NCBI GenBank assembly: GCA_002269645.1
Contig: NIVC01000018.1
Coordinates: 1-64,000 of the forward strand
Origin: Macrostomum lignano
Lineage: Eukaryota
Direction: 5' to 3'
Length of the DNA: 64,000 nt
This document shows, in pieces, positions 37,515 to 49,742 of this stretch. Position 1 is the first letter of the stretch. Each line of letters opens with the position of its first letter. Made by a program: the position numbers and the translations under genes. The notes under the pieces were generated by a model that was not told the origin of the DNA, ran no database searches, and saw nothing but the letters and a program-made list of their open reading frames with translations.

Positions 37515-37574
37515 TGCTGAAATTGACCGAATGCCAATAAAACTGTTAGATAAAACGTTTGACGATGATGAGAG

Positions 37575-37925
37575 TACAGGGGATGGGGAAGAGAGTGTAG
37601 GGGATGGGGAAGAGAGTGTAGGGGATGGGGAAGAGAGTGCAGGGGATGGGGAAGAGAGTGTAGGGGGTGAAGAAGAGAGTGTAGGGGATGAGGAAGAGAG
37701 TGTAGGGGATGGGGAAGAGAGTGTAGGGGGTGAAGAAGAGAGTGTAGGGGATGAGGAAGAGAGTGTAGGGGATGGGGAAGAGAGTGTAGGGGGTGAAGAA
37801 GAGAGTGTAGGGGATGGGGAAGAGAGTACAGGGGATGGGGAAGAGTGTAGGGGGTGAAGAAGAGAGTGTAGGGATGAGAAAGAGAGTGCAGGGGATGGGT
37901 AAGAGAGTGTAAGTAATGGGTAAGA
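37575..37925 (+). repeat. 21-bp purine-rich minisatellite (gtaggggatggggaagagagt)
   Basis: About 16 copies between PPAN and the claudin; same family as 38695-39110. Confidence 0.92.
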
Positions 37926-38191
37926 GTTTGGAATGTTACATGACTATGGCATAGAATTTGAGCAAATAAAGATTAACCACAAGATAACAGCAATTCAAAA
38001 ATGCAATTAGCACATCGCCGCCAATGCTCGGTTGGGGTCAACATCGGGGCTTGGGGAAGAAATGCCTGAGCATTGCGCAATCAATTTGGTTAGCTTTATT
38101 AATTACGTAATTTCTACTAAGCAGAAGAAATTTGCGTTATTGACATATTGAAGATGGAGAATTCTTTTTCTTAGAAAACTAAATAACTCGG

Positions 38192-41100
38192 TCACTTCCT
38201 GGCCCGGCCGGCCTTTCTCACGCCAGCCGACTTCTTTCTGGCTGTTAATTTTGTTGACTTCTTCTTTATGCCGCTTTTTGCTTTGGCCTTGCCCGCCGGA
38301 GACTTCTTTGCCAATGCCTTTGCCCGGACTGTCTTCTTGTCCTTTCCGGCTGCGGAGCTCTTAGCCAACCCCGACGAGGACAATCGAGTCTTCTTCTTCG
38401 GCGGAGCGGCTGCATCGTCGCCGTTAGCACCCGCCGCCGATTCGCCTTCGCCCTCGCCGTCGCCTTTGGCTTCCTCTTTTAGCAGACGGTCGGCCTCTTC
38501 GGCGCTGAGCTGTCCGGCCGCCACCATGCCCTCCAGGCAGCGACGCTTGTGCCGCAGGCGCTCCTCGGCTTTGGCCGTCACCCGGTCAGCCTGCGGTGAG
38601 CGATGAAATAAATACGCTTGTATGATTGATATAAACTACTGTTTCAGTGAAGATTCGAGTAGGCAAGCAGCCAATTTTAATGTTATATTTATAGAGTGCA
38701 GGGGATGGGGAAGAGTGTAGGGGATGGGGAAGAGTGCAGGGGATGGGGAAGTGTAGGGGATGGGGAGAGTGTAGGGGATAGGGAAGAGTGTAGGGGATGG
38801 GGAGAGTGTAGGGGATGGGGAAGTGTAGGGGATGGGGAAGTGTAGGGGATGGGGAAGTGTAGGGGATGGGGAAGTGTAGGGGATGAGGAAGAGTGCAGGG
38901 GATGGGGAAGAGTGTAGGGGATGGGGAGAGTGTAGGGGATGGGGAGAGTGTAGGGGATGGGGGAGAGTGTAGGGGATGGGGAAGTGTAGGGGATGGGGAA
39001 GTGTAGGGGATGAGGAAGAGTGCAGGGGATGGGAAAGAGTGTAGGGGATGGGGAAGACTGTAGGGGATGGGGGTGTAGGGGATGGGGAAGTGTAGGGGAT
39101 GGGGAAGATGGCATATGTGAGCGTATGCTTAACTACATCTATTAAATACTGAGCTAAGCAGTAAACCCTAAAGACGCGATTGTTCCGGAATTTATAGAAA
39201 ATTGAATAGGGCCATAGCAACAACAATAGCAGCAGCACTAGATCTTGTGCCGAACTTTGGATCGGTCATTTTTAATAAAGCCCCGAAAATTTACTGCTTC
39301 CAACGATTCAAACCTTTTCGCTTAACATTTTAAAACTTGCGAAGTAGGAAGCACAGCATTTCCCTCACCTGATCCGATCGTCTCTTAGCCTTAAGCCGCC
39401 GCTTGCGCCTGGCCCGACTATCCAGCTCGACCAGCTGCTCTGGCGTCTTCATCACAAACTTGTGATAGAGCACCGCTCCTGAGTTGACGCCTTCCTCCAC
39501 TTTGAGCAGCTGCAATTCTATCCGAGGACCGAGCTCCGTTAAGCGAACAGCCGACGCACCGCCCTGGGGATTGGCCGGCCCGACGCCAACAGGCAGACAG
39601 TCGATGGTGTTGTGGTCGCCGTCAAAGTCCGCGTCGGACAGGCCGGAGTCGGACGCGCAGCCGGCGCCGTTGACGAAATCGTTGAAATCGGTGTAGCGGC
39701 TCAGATCCGGCACCTGAGTCGGTTGGCGTTCAAGGGCGGGTGCTTAATAAGGACTTCTCAATCTTGGGCGTGACACTAAGCAATGACCTACTGAAGATTG
39801 TGGAGAGAGGGTGATAGAATAGTAGACTGAGATGAGGATGCTACTACACCTGCTGAGTAGACTGGGAGGGTGCTACAACACCTGCTGAATAGACTGAGAT
39901 GAGGATGCTACTACACCTGCTGAGTGGAGGGTGCAGCACTCACATTGAATAGACTGGGAGGGTGCAGCACACATTGAATAGACTGGGAGGGTGCAGCACA
40001 CAGTGAATAGACTGGGAGGGTGCAGCACACAGTGAATAGACTGGGAGGGTGCAGCACACAGTAAATAGACTGGGAGGGTGCAGCACACAGTAAATAGACT
40101 GGGAGGGTGCAGCACACAGTGAATAGACTGGGAGGGTGCAGCACACAGTGAATAGACTGGGAGGGTGCAGCACACAGTGAATAGACTGGGAGGGTGCAGC
40201 ACACAGTGAATAGACTGGGAGGGTGCAGCACACAGTGAATAGACTGGGAGGGTGCAGCACACATTGAATAGACTGGGAGGGTGCAGCACACAGTAAATAG
40301 ACTGGGAGGGTGCAGCACACAGTGAATAGACTGGGAGGGTGCAGCACACAGTGAATAGACTGGGAGGGTGCAGCACACAGTGAATAGACTGGGAGGGTGC
40401 AGCACACAGTGAATAGACTGGGAGGGTGAAGCACACAGTGAATAGACTGGGAGGGTGCAGCACACAGTGAATAGACTGGGAGGGTGCAGCACACAGTGAA
40501 TAGACTGGGAGGGTGCAGCACACATTGAATAGACTGGGAGGGTGCAGCACACAGTAAATAGACTGGGAGGGTGCAGCACACAGTGAATAGACTGGGAGGG
40601 TGCAGCACACAGTGAATAGACTGAGAGGGTGCAGTACACATTGAATACCAGAGTGTGAATTGTCCCATCCAGCCTGGCAGCACTCAAACCTTCTTCCTGC
40701 GCAGTCGTCGCACAGCCTTGGACACGCCCCTGGGCGCCAGTCGCACGCTATAATGCCGCAGCTGGATCTGATCAGTCTCCGGATCGTAATTCAACAGTAA
40801 GCATCGACGAACAGTCCGCAGATTCAACTGCTGCAAATTCAACGAAGGCAGCAGGCTTCGAAAAGTGGTAGTCAGCAAGCGAAGCTGCCGACCCTCGCCA
40901 GTGAAGCCGTTCATAATCAACAGAGGCGGATGCTGATAAATTGAGGCGCTACTGTTGATCCGGCGAGCCGCGCTGAGCACATCGGCGCGCAGGCAGTAGG
41001 ACAGGACACGAAAGGTCAGAGTAGGACCGTGCGGACAGGCAACTATGCGCATGTTAATAGAATCGCTAGGATGAGTGAAATAGACCAGGTGGCTGACGGC

Positions 41101-41337
41101 GAATTTACCAGCAATGGCTACGGCGTCTTTAAGCACGTTAGACTTGCTGAAGCGCAGGCGCATGGCGGTGTAGGGCTCGAATGCTAGGCGCAAGTCAGTG
41201 GCCAATTGTTTAACAAATTTGCCAACCCCAGCCCTGGAGAAGATCATTGTGTGCGGCTTGGCTTTCTCCTCTTCTTCCCGGCCTGGCTGGGCTTTGTTGC
41301 GCCGTTTGGCGCGACCTTTTTTGTTCTTGCGAGCCAT
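38192..41337 (-). CDS. PPAN: Peter pan / Ssf1 Brix-domain 60S biogenesis factor, ~463 aa
   Basis: Exons 41337-40690, 39713-39369, 38590-38192 (1392 nt, all phase 0, GT-AG). Motifs PHTMIF, DLR..FEPYTA..L, GPTLTFRVLSY, LLLNYDPET..IQLRHY, sigma70-like AVRLTELGPRIELQLLKVEEG, basic tail. AATAAA on the minus strand at 38100-38095. Confidence 0.93.
38695..39110 (+). repeat. 17-21 bp purine-rich minisatellite in PPAN intron 2
   Basis: gt(a/gca)ggggatggggaa(ga)gt units, about 22 copies. Confidence 0.92.
39840..40640. repeat. 29-bp minisatellite in PPAN intron 1
   Basis: gaatagactgggagggtgcagcacacagt, about 24 clean copies plus degenerate lead-in units. Confidence 0.95.
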
Positions 41338-42634
41338 GCAAATGAGGCTGAAAATAAGGACAGAAACAAACTTTATGTATTATTTATCAGAGTAGCTTAG
41401 AAAGTTGTTGATTTGGTTTGAATTATCTTATTTTAGTAGCTGAATGTTTTGTACAATTTTTTTGCATGTGGTGGGGAAATATAGGCAGTATGAATGCAAA
41501 ACAATGCCATATTTTTATGGCAAGATATTTATTTTGCCTAATTTAATTTTCATATCTTTTATTATTTATTATCTCCAAAAAGCATTAGGTTATATAATAA
41601 TAAAATTTAGGCCTTCTGAAAGTGAATTTTTCTTTGTCTAGAAAGGCCTATACATGAGTAAACCATATTTATTATTTTTTGCATAACTCATTAGCCCATC
41701 TAGCTAGCTGACAAGATATCCAAGGCAAGTATGTCACTGCAAGCTGCATTGGATGGTCCAGTAGGTACTGGGCACAAAAAATGTCACAGATGAAGTTCTG
41801 CCAGTCAATCATCGACTGGCAGCTAATATTGTATTGGCACATACCAGTATTTTTGCTGCCTAGCATCCACCAAACACTATTAGATTAGGTCAATAAGTTG
41901 GCACAACTCTAGGTGATTCCATTCAAAAAAAGAATCCTTCCAGATTGAGACTTAAGCATGGCAACCAGGATAGGCCCAAGCATACCTATCAATGAACCAA
42001 TCACCTTGACAACATTGCAGTCAAAAAGGTATACCATGGTAGTTATTATATGCACATTGGTTGGCAATAAGTTGGTAAGTGGCTAGCCAGTTAATTAGGT
42101 CGCATGTTGTAGCTATCATCATAGCAAGGTCTTACATGGTTATTTCCATATTATACAGAGCCATTGCTATGCACTTTTGCTATGCTGTACTTGTGCAAGA
42201 GGAATAATAAAAAATGGTGCAGAAAGGTGTCTAGCCATAACCACAGATACTAAATAACCTAGATGGTTCACTCAGCACTATCTTTATATGTCAGTTTGAC
42301 TTGCTACTCTCTGTCCAGTGGCATAAGCGCATATTTGCTCTGTTTTTGTTTTTTAAGGAAATAATAGGCAAGCTTGGCAGTGGATGAGTGGATTGAAATT
42401 CTCAGGCATAAAACACTCATTTAAAATCTGTTCCCTACCCAAAAAATGTAGTCTTGGCCATAGAAAGCCAAAGAAATTGATTGACTTTGTTTTTAGCTAG
42501 CAGTCAAGTGCTACAAGATACGGGAGTTTAAATGAGAGGTAGGACGGATGGAGAAAGGAAAGATTTTATACTTTGCACTTTGAGGCTTACTAGCAAACAG
42601 AGCAAGACTGACACAATACCAGCAAAATTTTGTC

Positions 42635-43900
42635 ATGGAATTCAGCTTAAAGTGTTGCTGTGGCAGCCATACAGTGCAATCTCTAATGGACAAAGGAGTG
42701 GCTGTGCGAATGCATGCAGGTTTTCCAGCAGACAACGGAGTTGGAATTGATGGTGGCAGATGCTGGAAATTGACTTGGACATTGCCAATATAAGCATTGG
42801 AGCCATTTGCAAGATGGGATTGCGAGTGTGCAGTTTGCATTTTACTGAAAATGAGTACAACTATCCTTCTTTGCAATATGAAGATACAACATGTTTGCGG
42901 ATGAATGCCATTCCAGACAGGGAGCTGCTCTACCCCGCCTCATTCCTCATTTAGGTGTTTGCAGTCATGCTTGGGCACAACCTTGGGATTCACCCGGCCA
43001 TTTCTATTGGCAAAACACGCATGTAAGTCACTATTGGCTGAGAGCAGTCACGTGACTATTGTTCTGTCCAATAGCGACTTACATGCGTGTGTTGCCAATA
43101 GAAACGGCTGAGTGAATCCCAAAGTTGCGCATGTATGTTTGCAGTGACAAAGAAGCTGACAATGTGAGCTGCAGCCATTCATGTTTCAATACTACTAATG
43201 ATGAGCCACCACAGGCTGGAAAGCAGCAGGCAATATGAATGGCCAACAGCTTAGCTAAGGTCATGCCAAACAACGAAGCAATAACAGCATTGCTCAGCTG
43301 CGCAGCACAACAGTTTTAATGAACAACTAGAACTCAGCTCCTTTGTCAGTGCCCTGTGGTCCGTGGCTGCCAGTGGCTTGACTTGATATCCCGCAACTGC
43401 GAAGATAACAACTGCAATGCTGCCATCATAGCAGCCTGCACCACCACTGGTTCTAGAGACTGTGTAACTACCAATACCAAAGTAAGTCTACTGAACTCAA
43501 GTAGTGTTGCACGCCAGGCACCATTGCAGCAGCAGCTTCACAAAAAGCTAGACTCCTTGCAGAATACCAGTGCAGCAATGCCTCGCTGGAAGCTGCTGAG
43601 TACGAGTACATTGGTGGGTATGTTCTAAAGCAAAGCCAAGTTCTTCACTGTCAGCTATGCAACTCTGCTTATAACATCTGCACCTGCAAGGGTTCATATC
43701 CAGCACAAGACCTACTTGCATGTATCTTGTGGGTTTACTACACCCTCGCCGGTGGCGCTTGTTGCATTTTTGAAGATAGAAGCTGAGTTTTCAACCCTGA
43801 GACCCAACTTCATAATCCAACCATGTGTGGCAGCTTGGTTTGTATACCACGTTCAGACACAATTAATAGCACTACCTATCTGTGAGCTGCATTGCACGCG
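42635..43900 (+). pseudogene. Degenerate THAP / P-element-like transposase remnant, internally deleted
   Basis: Broken THAP-like reading KCC...VRMHAGFPAD...WW...LRVCSLHFTENEY...LRMNAIP (42635-42925). P/THAP9 C-terminal-like YIGGYVLK...HCQLC...GFTTPSPVALVAFLKIEAEF (43560-43830). No DDE core visible between them. Confidence 0.55.
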
Positions 43901-44087
43901 GGTACTCAATCAAGTTCTTAGAACTTTGCTCACCTACCATAGGTGCCATCAGGAAATGAAGAATATAGGTGCAGTGGCTCAGAAAAAAGACTGCGCAAAA
44001 TTAGTAAGCTAAACTGACTTTGTCTCACTAGTAGTATAACTCAAGAACTTTATATTATTTTTGTTGCATTACATAAAAAATACATTA

Positions 44088-44873
44088 GGCTCATTCCATA
44101 TAAGATGGACATATTTGGAAAATAGAAAAAAGTCAATATTTTTGCTTGCCATTGCCTAATTAGCCTATTTTTTTACCAAATGTTTATATTGTGCAATATA
44201 TACAATCTAAGAATAAAGGAATGGTAAAATGTTGGATTAGTATGTTATCAATTGGCAAAAAGTCATTTTTGTAAAAATTTGGACATTTTTCGAAGCAAAA
44301 GACATCATTAAGATTTTGTACCTTTTAAAAACAAATAGAAAGCTTTTGAAGGTTGAAACAAACTATAGATAAAAGTATAGTACTTGCATCATCAGATAAA
44401 AGCATTGGTGACCAAATAATCTATTATATTTTTAATGTATTAGTACCTCAAAGTTACTGAATTGACAGAAAAAAATATGTTACGACCATAATGTTACAAC
44501 CATAAGGCTGCCTTTTCTTTTGTATCTTTGTTGCCTTTTGAGTTTATATATTCTAATAAAAGAGTATGATTTCTAAAGATGTTCTTAGTCAAATTTTAAA
44601 AATGTATAGCAAAATATCAAAAATGAAAAATGTTATAAGACTTTTACCTTTTAGTTTCTATATGTCAAAAATCCTGTCGTTACGACCATAAGTGTCATTT
44701 AAGGTTTAATAGCATCTATACTAATGATGATATCTATATGAAACTCTATAAATATATTCTAGACAAAATAATCTTTCATTTAAAATATTGGTTTAGTATA
44801 TTCTATTATTAGATTTCATTTTATAAGTAAAAATAACCTGTCATGTTACGACCATGCTTATATGGAATGAGCC
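44088..44873. mobile_element. 786-bp MITE, copy 1 (17-bp TIR, 4-bp TSD ATTA)
   Basis: TIR ggctcattccatataag / cttatatggaatgagcc; ATTA at 44084-44087 and 44874-44877; highly similar to 55132-55918. Confidence 0.88.
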
Positions 44874-45447
44874 ATTATTGGATTATAAATTTTCTCTACT
44901 TTTTTCCTTTTTTGCAATCCAAGAAATATTGCTTGAATGTTTGTCAAAAGAATAAAAATAGAATCACTAAGTATACCAGAAGCAATTAAAGTTTGACTTA
45001 TGATTGCATAGACAACGTCAATTATTTCTGTTTTCGTCTAATTATTCACAGCTAGCTGAATAAATAAATATTGAATTTTATGATCATACTACTATTAAAC
45101 AGAGAGTAGTTTTGCTAAATATATTCAAGTAAACCATATATGGTATTTACTACTTAGTATCTGTGGCTATAACATTGAAGAGTTAAGCATTGTAGCCAAT
45201 AAATTTAAGATTTTATTTCTATTTACTTGTTATTTGTTAACTTGGTAAAGACCATAGACATTTGGACTAGACCATAGACCTTTTTCAAGTTGCAAAATAT
45301 TTAGAAATTTTGGTCATAGACTTTTTGACTTTTTGGTGTCAGTCCTATTACAACAAGTTTAGAAGCATAGAATTAGTGCTTAATCAGGCTTAGGTCTCTT
45401 AAAAGTAGTTTTTTATACTTAAAATAGTTTGTAGATTACTTTTCTAG

Positions 45448-45955
45448 GTACCTGTCCATTTTGGCGACACCCATTTCAGCAATAGGTCAATTTGGCGACA
45501 ATTCTTAAATAGGATTTTGAATGCATTCTTATCTCATAGCAACAAAAAATTTCAAAACCTACATAAATTTATAACCTTTGTTTAAATGTTGTTAAAACGA
45601 ATTATAGTATAAAACTTTACATTAAACATTAAAAGCTTTGTTAAAACTATGTTAAAATTTTTAATATAAAACTTAATTAACATGTTGGACAGTATAAAAC
45701 CTGGACACTGATGGACATTTAGACACCAAAAGTACAGTAAAACGAATGAATTACAATAAGAAATTAATGTTTTAAGAAACGACAAGAAAAAAGCTTGTAG
45801 AGAACTATGAGATATGAGATAAGATAAAATTTTATGAGATAAGAAAACATTCAAAATCCTATTTAAGAATTGTTGCTGAAATAGTTGTCGCCAAATTGAC
45901 CTGTTGCCAAAATGGGTGTTGCTAAAATGGTTTGTTGCCGAAATGGACTGGATTC
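45448..45955. mobile_element. Mutator-like MITE A (9-bp TSD CTTTTCTAG)
   Basis: Imperfect TIRs gtacctgtccattttggcgaca / tgttgccgaaatggactggattc with internal repeats; CTTTTCTAG at 45439-45447 and 45956-45964. Confidence 0.75.
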
Positions 45956-45964
45956 CTTTTCTAG

Positions 45965-48104
45965 GGTACCCGATAAAATGCGGAATCCGCAACGGAATCG
46001 GAATGGAATAGTACGGTAAAACGCGGAATCCGCAGCGGAATAGTAAACTGCGGAACGAAGTGCGGATTCCGCATATTAAAGTAAAACGCGGAATGCGAAA
46101 ATGAAAAAAGTAAAATGCAGAATGAAAACTAACTGAATTATACTTTTATTCATCAACATCAACATGTACTAAAGACTACAAATAGCTATCTAGCTACATG
46201 TATATATAGCTTAATTTATTTAGAAGCTGATTTTTTGTAGTGTCAAATAAAGTTTCTATCATCGGAATGTATGTATATTAACAACATATTGTGCAGTTTT
46301 CGGAAATAAGTATACGCTAAAAATACAGAAATAAATTTCTTTGCAAGAAATGTTTAAATATTCCATTTGCCTATCTTGCAAATGCATTCGGAAGTGTTAC
46401 CATGATGCTCACTTGCGCTAGGCTTCTGCGCCAGTTTATCACAATATATCATGATATTAAAAAGTGCTTATGCATGGACCTGGCCTGATTTCCAAGTGCC
46501 AAAATGTGCTACAAGGGAACCTAACGTACAAGCAAAACCCTTTCCTGGACATCCTTTTTGATGCGACCAACTATTTCTAAATGTACTGTTTGATTGAATC
46601 TATGCATTAACTTTTCTGTGGACAAAGCCCACGAGATTAAGTTCCGAAGAGGGTTTACAGGCGACAACAACCCGCTTTACGGGTGTGCGGGTAGAGCCTC
46701 TATGTGACTATGACCCGAAACAACAGCCCAGCAGTTGATTTGTGTCCTTAGAAGTAAGCACTATTTGCAGGCATAGATTAATAAAGTTAACAAAAAGGTT
46801 GCGATAAAAACAATGCCCATTTTTGTAATAGTTACTCCGGAACCCGATGTGCAACTATAAATATAAACGTATGCCCAGATTGATAATTTCCATACTATGA
46901 CTTGACTTCGCGATTCAAACACTGCATCAACATTACAATTCGGGGAGTCGAATTTCTTGGGTTTGTCCTCCAGTGGAGGAGTTCCACTCGTTATACCTAA
47001 CTTTCTATTGCCTAGAGAAGTCACTATATATGATTTATCTGATTCATACCCCCAAGCAGTGGTTAATTCGATAGAATAGAATGAAGGGATTGTTATGCAA
47101 GTGAGAAATCAAATAATTTTATACATTTTCTTATATTTACTAGCAAAATAGAGCCCCAATAATAAATAATCAAGCACTTATTCGTTAGCGATTCGCTGTC
47201 CCGTCGCTGGCGAAAAGTCGCTGGCGAAACTTCGCTAATGTTCCGCTGACGATTCGCCAATGCGACCGAGGTGGAAAAACTATGTTTTATGCTGCAGGAA
47301 GAAAAGTTCCAGACAAACACAGCTTTTTGAAACGTTCCATATGGGAAATGAAGAAAAAAAATGTCGCCACTACTTCGCTGTCTTGCTGACAATTCGCTTG
47401 CGATTCGCCGGCGATTTTACCAGAGGGTACTGACCTTCCATACTGATCTGACTGATCTGACTTTCCATGCTTCCTTGTACTATTTATTGCCTTTCTTGAC
47501 ACTAAAAACGTAAAAGCGTCTTGCAAATCGTAATTTTAGCTTCGCTAAAATCTATCTTGTCCTAAAGTTTCGGATATAATTTTTTTTTAGAAATGCACAT
47601 TTAATGCTACGATTTTTTTTGACAGCAATAGGATGTAGGATGACTTCTCGCCACATGTCAGCGGGCACTTTTGAAATACATTAAATATAAAAATTGTACG
47701 TAGTATGCACTTTCGCTTCCAGAGTATGATTTTACCTTAAATAAGTTGCCAAAGCTCTATCTTCATTCCGAAAATTACTGTATCTTAACCATTCTGCTGA
47801 GGATTTTGCTAAGGGAAGATCAACAGATTTGATTTGAGTGTCATAGTGACAATGAAAAACAATTTGTTCAGCAAAAATGTACATAAATTTCAGATGTTTT
47901 TTTAAATATAAGGTGATGAATAAAAGTATAATTCAGTTAGTTTTCATTCCGCATTTTACTTTTTTCATTTTCGCATTCCGCGTTTTACTTTAATATGCGG
48001 AATCCGCACTTCGTTCCGCAGTTTACCATTCCGCTGCGGATTCCGCGTTTTACCGTACTATTCCATTCCGATTCCGTTGCGGATTCCGCATTTTACCGGG
48101 TACC
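45965..48104. mobile_element. Mutator-like non-autonomous element B with ~190-bp TIRs (9-bp TSD CTTTTCTAG)
   Basis: 45965-~46155 is the reverse complement of ~47914-48104 (ggtacccg.taaaatgcggaatccgc...); CTTTTCTAG at 45956-45964 and 48105-48113; no transposase ORF inside. Confidence 0.85.
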
Positions 48105-49742
48105 CTTTTCTAGAGTCAAAATAATTTAGCAAATGAAACTTGACAATTGCCTAAAAATAAAATATATTGATTATATAAAGGCCCTATTTGATTTTAAATA
48201 TATTATAACATAGCATTTATAATTATAATTATAATTATATTATATTATGTTTAAAATGAAAAAAATGGAATTGCAAATTAATAGTAAAAAGAATAGATAT
48301 TATAAAGTCAAAGACTAAAAGAAGGTCAATGTTATGGCCCTTTTGGTCTTAAAATTATATAGGCCTAATTATTTTATATTTTGTAGGCCTAAGCTAAGGC
48401 TATTGAAATTCAAAATGTTTATATAAAACTTAAAAGATGACATATTTATAAACTAAAAGTCATATCATGTATAAATATAAAAAACAAAGTAGAAACTATA
48501 GAACTAAAGAAAGTAAGGTACTAGGTAAGATAACTTCTACTAGGCCCCATGTGGCCATGTAGAACAAGGCTTCCTTATTATTTTTGTCTATTTGCTATTC
48601 ATCATTAGTTTAGGCAGTTAGGCTGTTAGGATTCTACCAAGGCTAATGGCAATGCTAGGCCTGACAATGATGTTATGTTTTAGTCAGAAGTCGACTAGAG
48701 TCTAGGCCTCCCATGGCCCTAGCTAGAGGCTAGAGCCAGAGCCAAAGGCCAAAGCCAGTGCCAGACTCAGAGAAGTTATAACTTATAAGCTCATTAACTA
48801 CTATGATAATTATACCGGTATTACAGTTTACTTACATTTAAAACTAGGCCTAATCCCAAAATTCAATGCTTTATCACGTTTTATCATGCTTACCATCCAT
48901 GCCTTTACATTCCTAAAAATCGACAATTCCTTCCCTTCTGTGCATTTCCGGTTATCGCATGCTGCTGAGTGCTGTGCACTACTGTGCGGGGAAAAGTTTA
49001 AAAATAGAATCTTCAGTTAGCAGAATAGTGAAACTCTTTGCAAAAAATAATTTAGAATTAAAGTTTTTGTGAATTTTATAACGCATTTGTACACAATGCA
49101 AAAGACATTTTAAAAAGTTGCGTTAAAACTATTGAAGACAGTGAGATAAAATTCAAACACAAATATGAGTCAATGCTTCCAGGAAAGCAAAACAGTTCCA
49201 TTAGAATAAGAAGACTTGCAATGTTACAATGTATTTAATAATCAGTCGGTAAAAGATTCGGAATGATATTTAGACTCTTGCAATGTATTTAATAATCAGT
49301 CGGAATTAGAGTCAGAATGATATTTAGACTCTTGCAATGTATTCAATTTAATCAGTCGCTGGACAGTCGGAATAAGAATCGGAATATTCCGACCGTTATT
49401 CCGACTCGTAATTAGGGATTGCAATCCGGGACCCGAAATCCCGGAATTTGGGGTCCCGAATCCCGGCACTAACTTTTGTTATTATTTTTACAATAGTTTT
49501 GTAATATGAACATAATTGGGCCTATAACTAGGCCTAGTTTATCATACTGCGCTAATTTCTGTTAATCGCCTCATGTTGTGTGGCGCGGCGCCTTTTTAAA
49601 CCCCACATCACAGCTTTAATGTGAAATTTATTCCAATATAAATTTTGATATACATGATTTTCTTCTTTACTTTTAATTAGTACTTTTATACTACTTACTT
49701 GAATATGTCACAAGATAATGCTGTTTTTCATGTACAAAAAAG

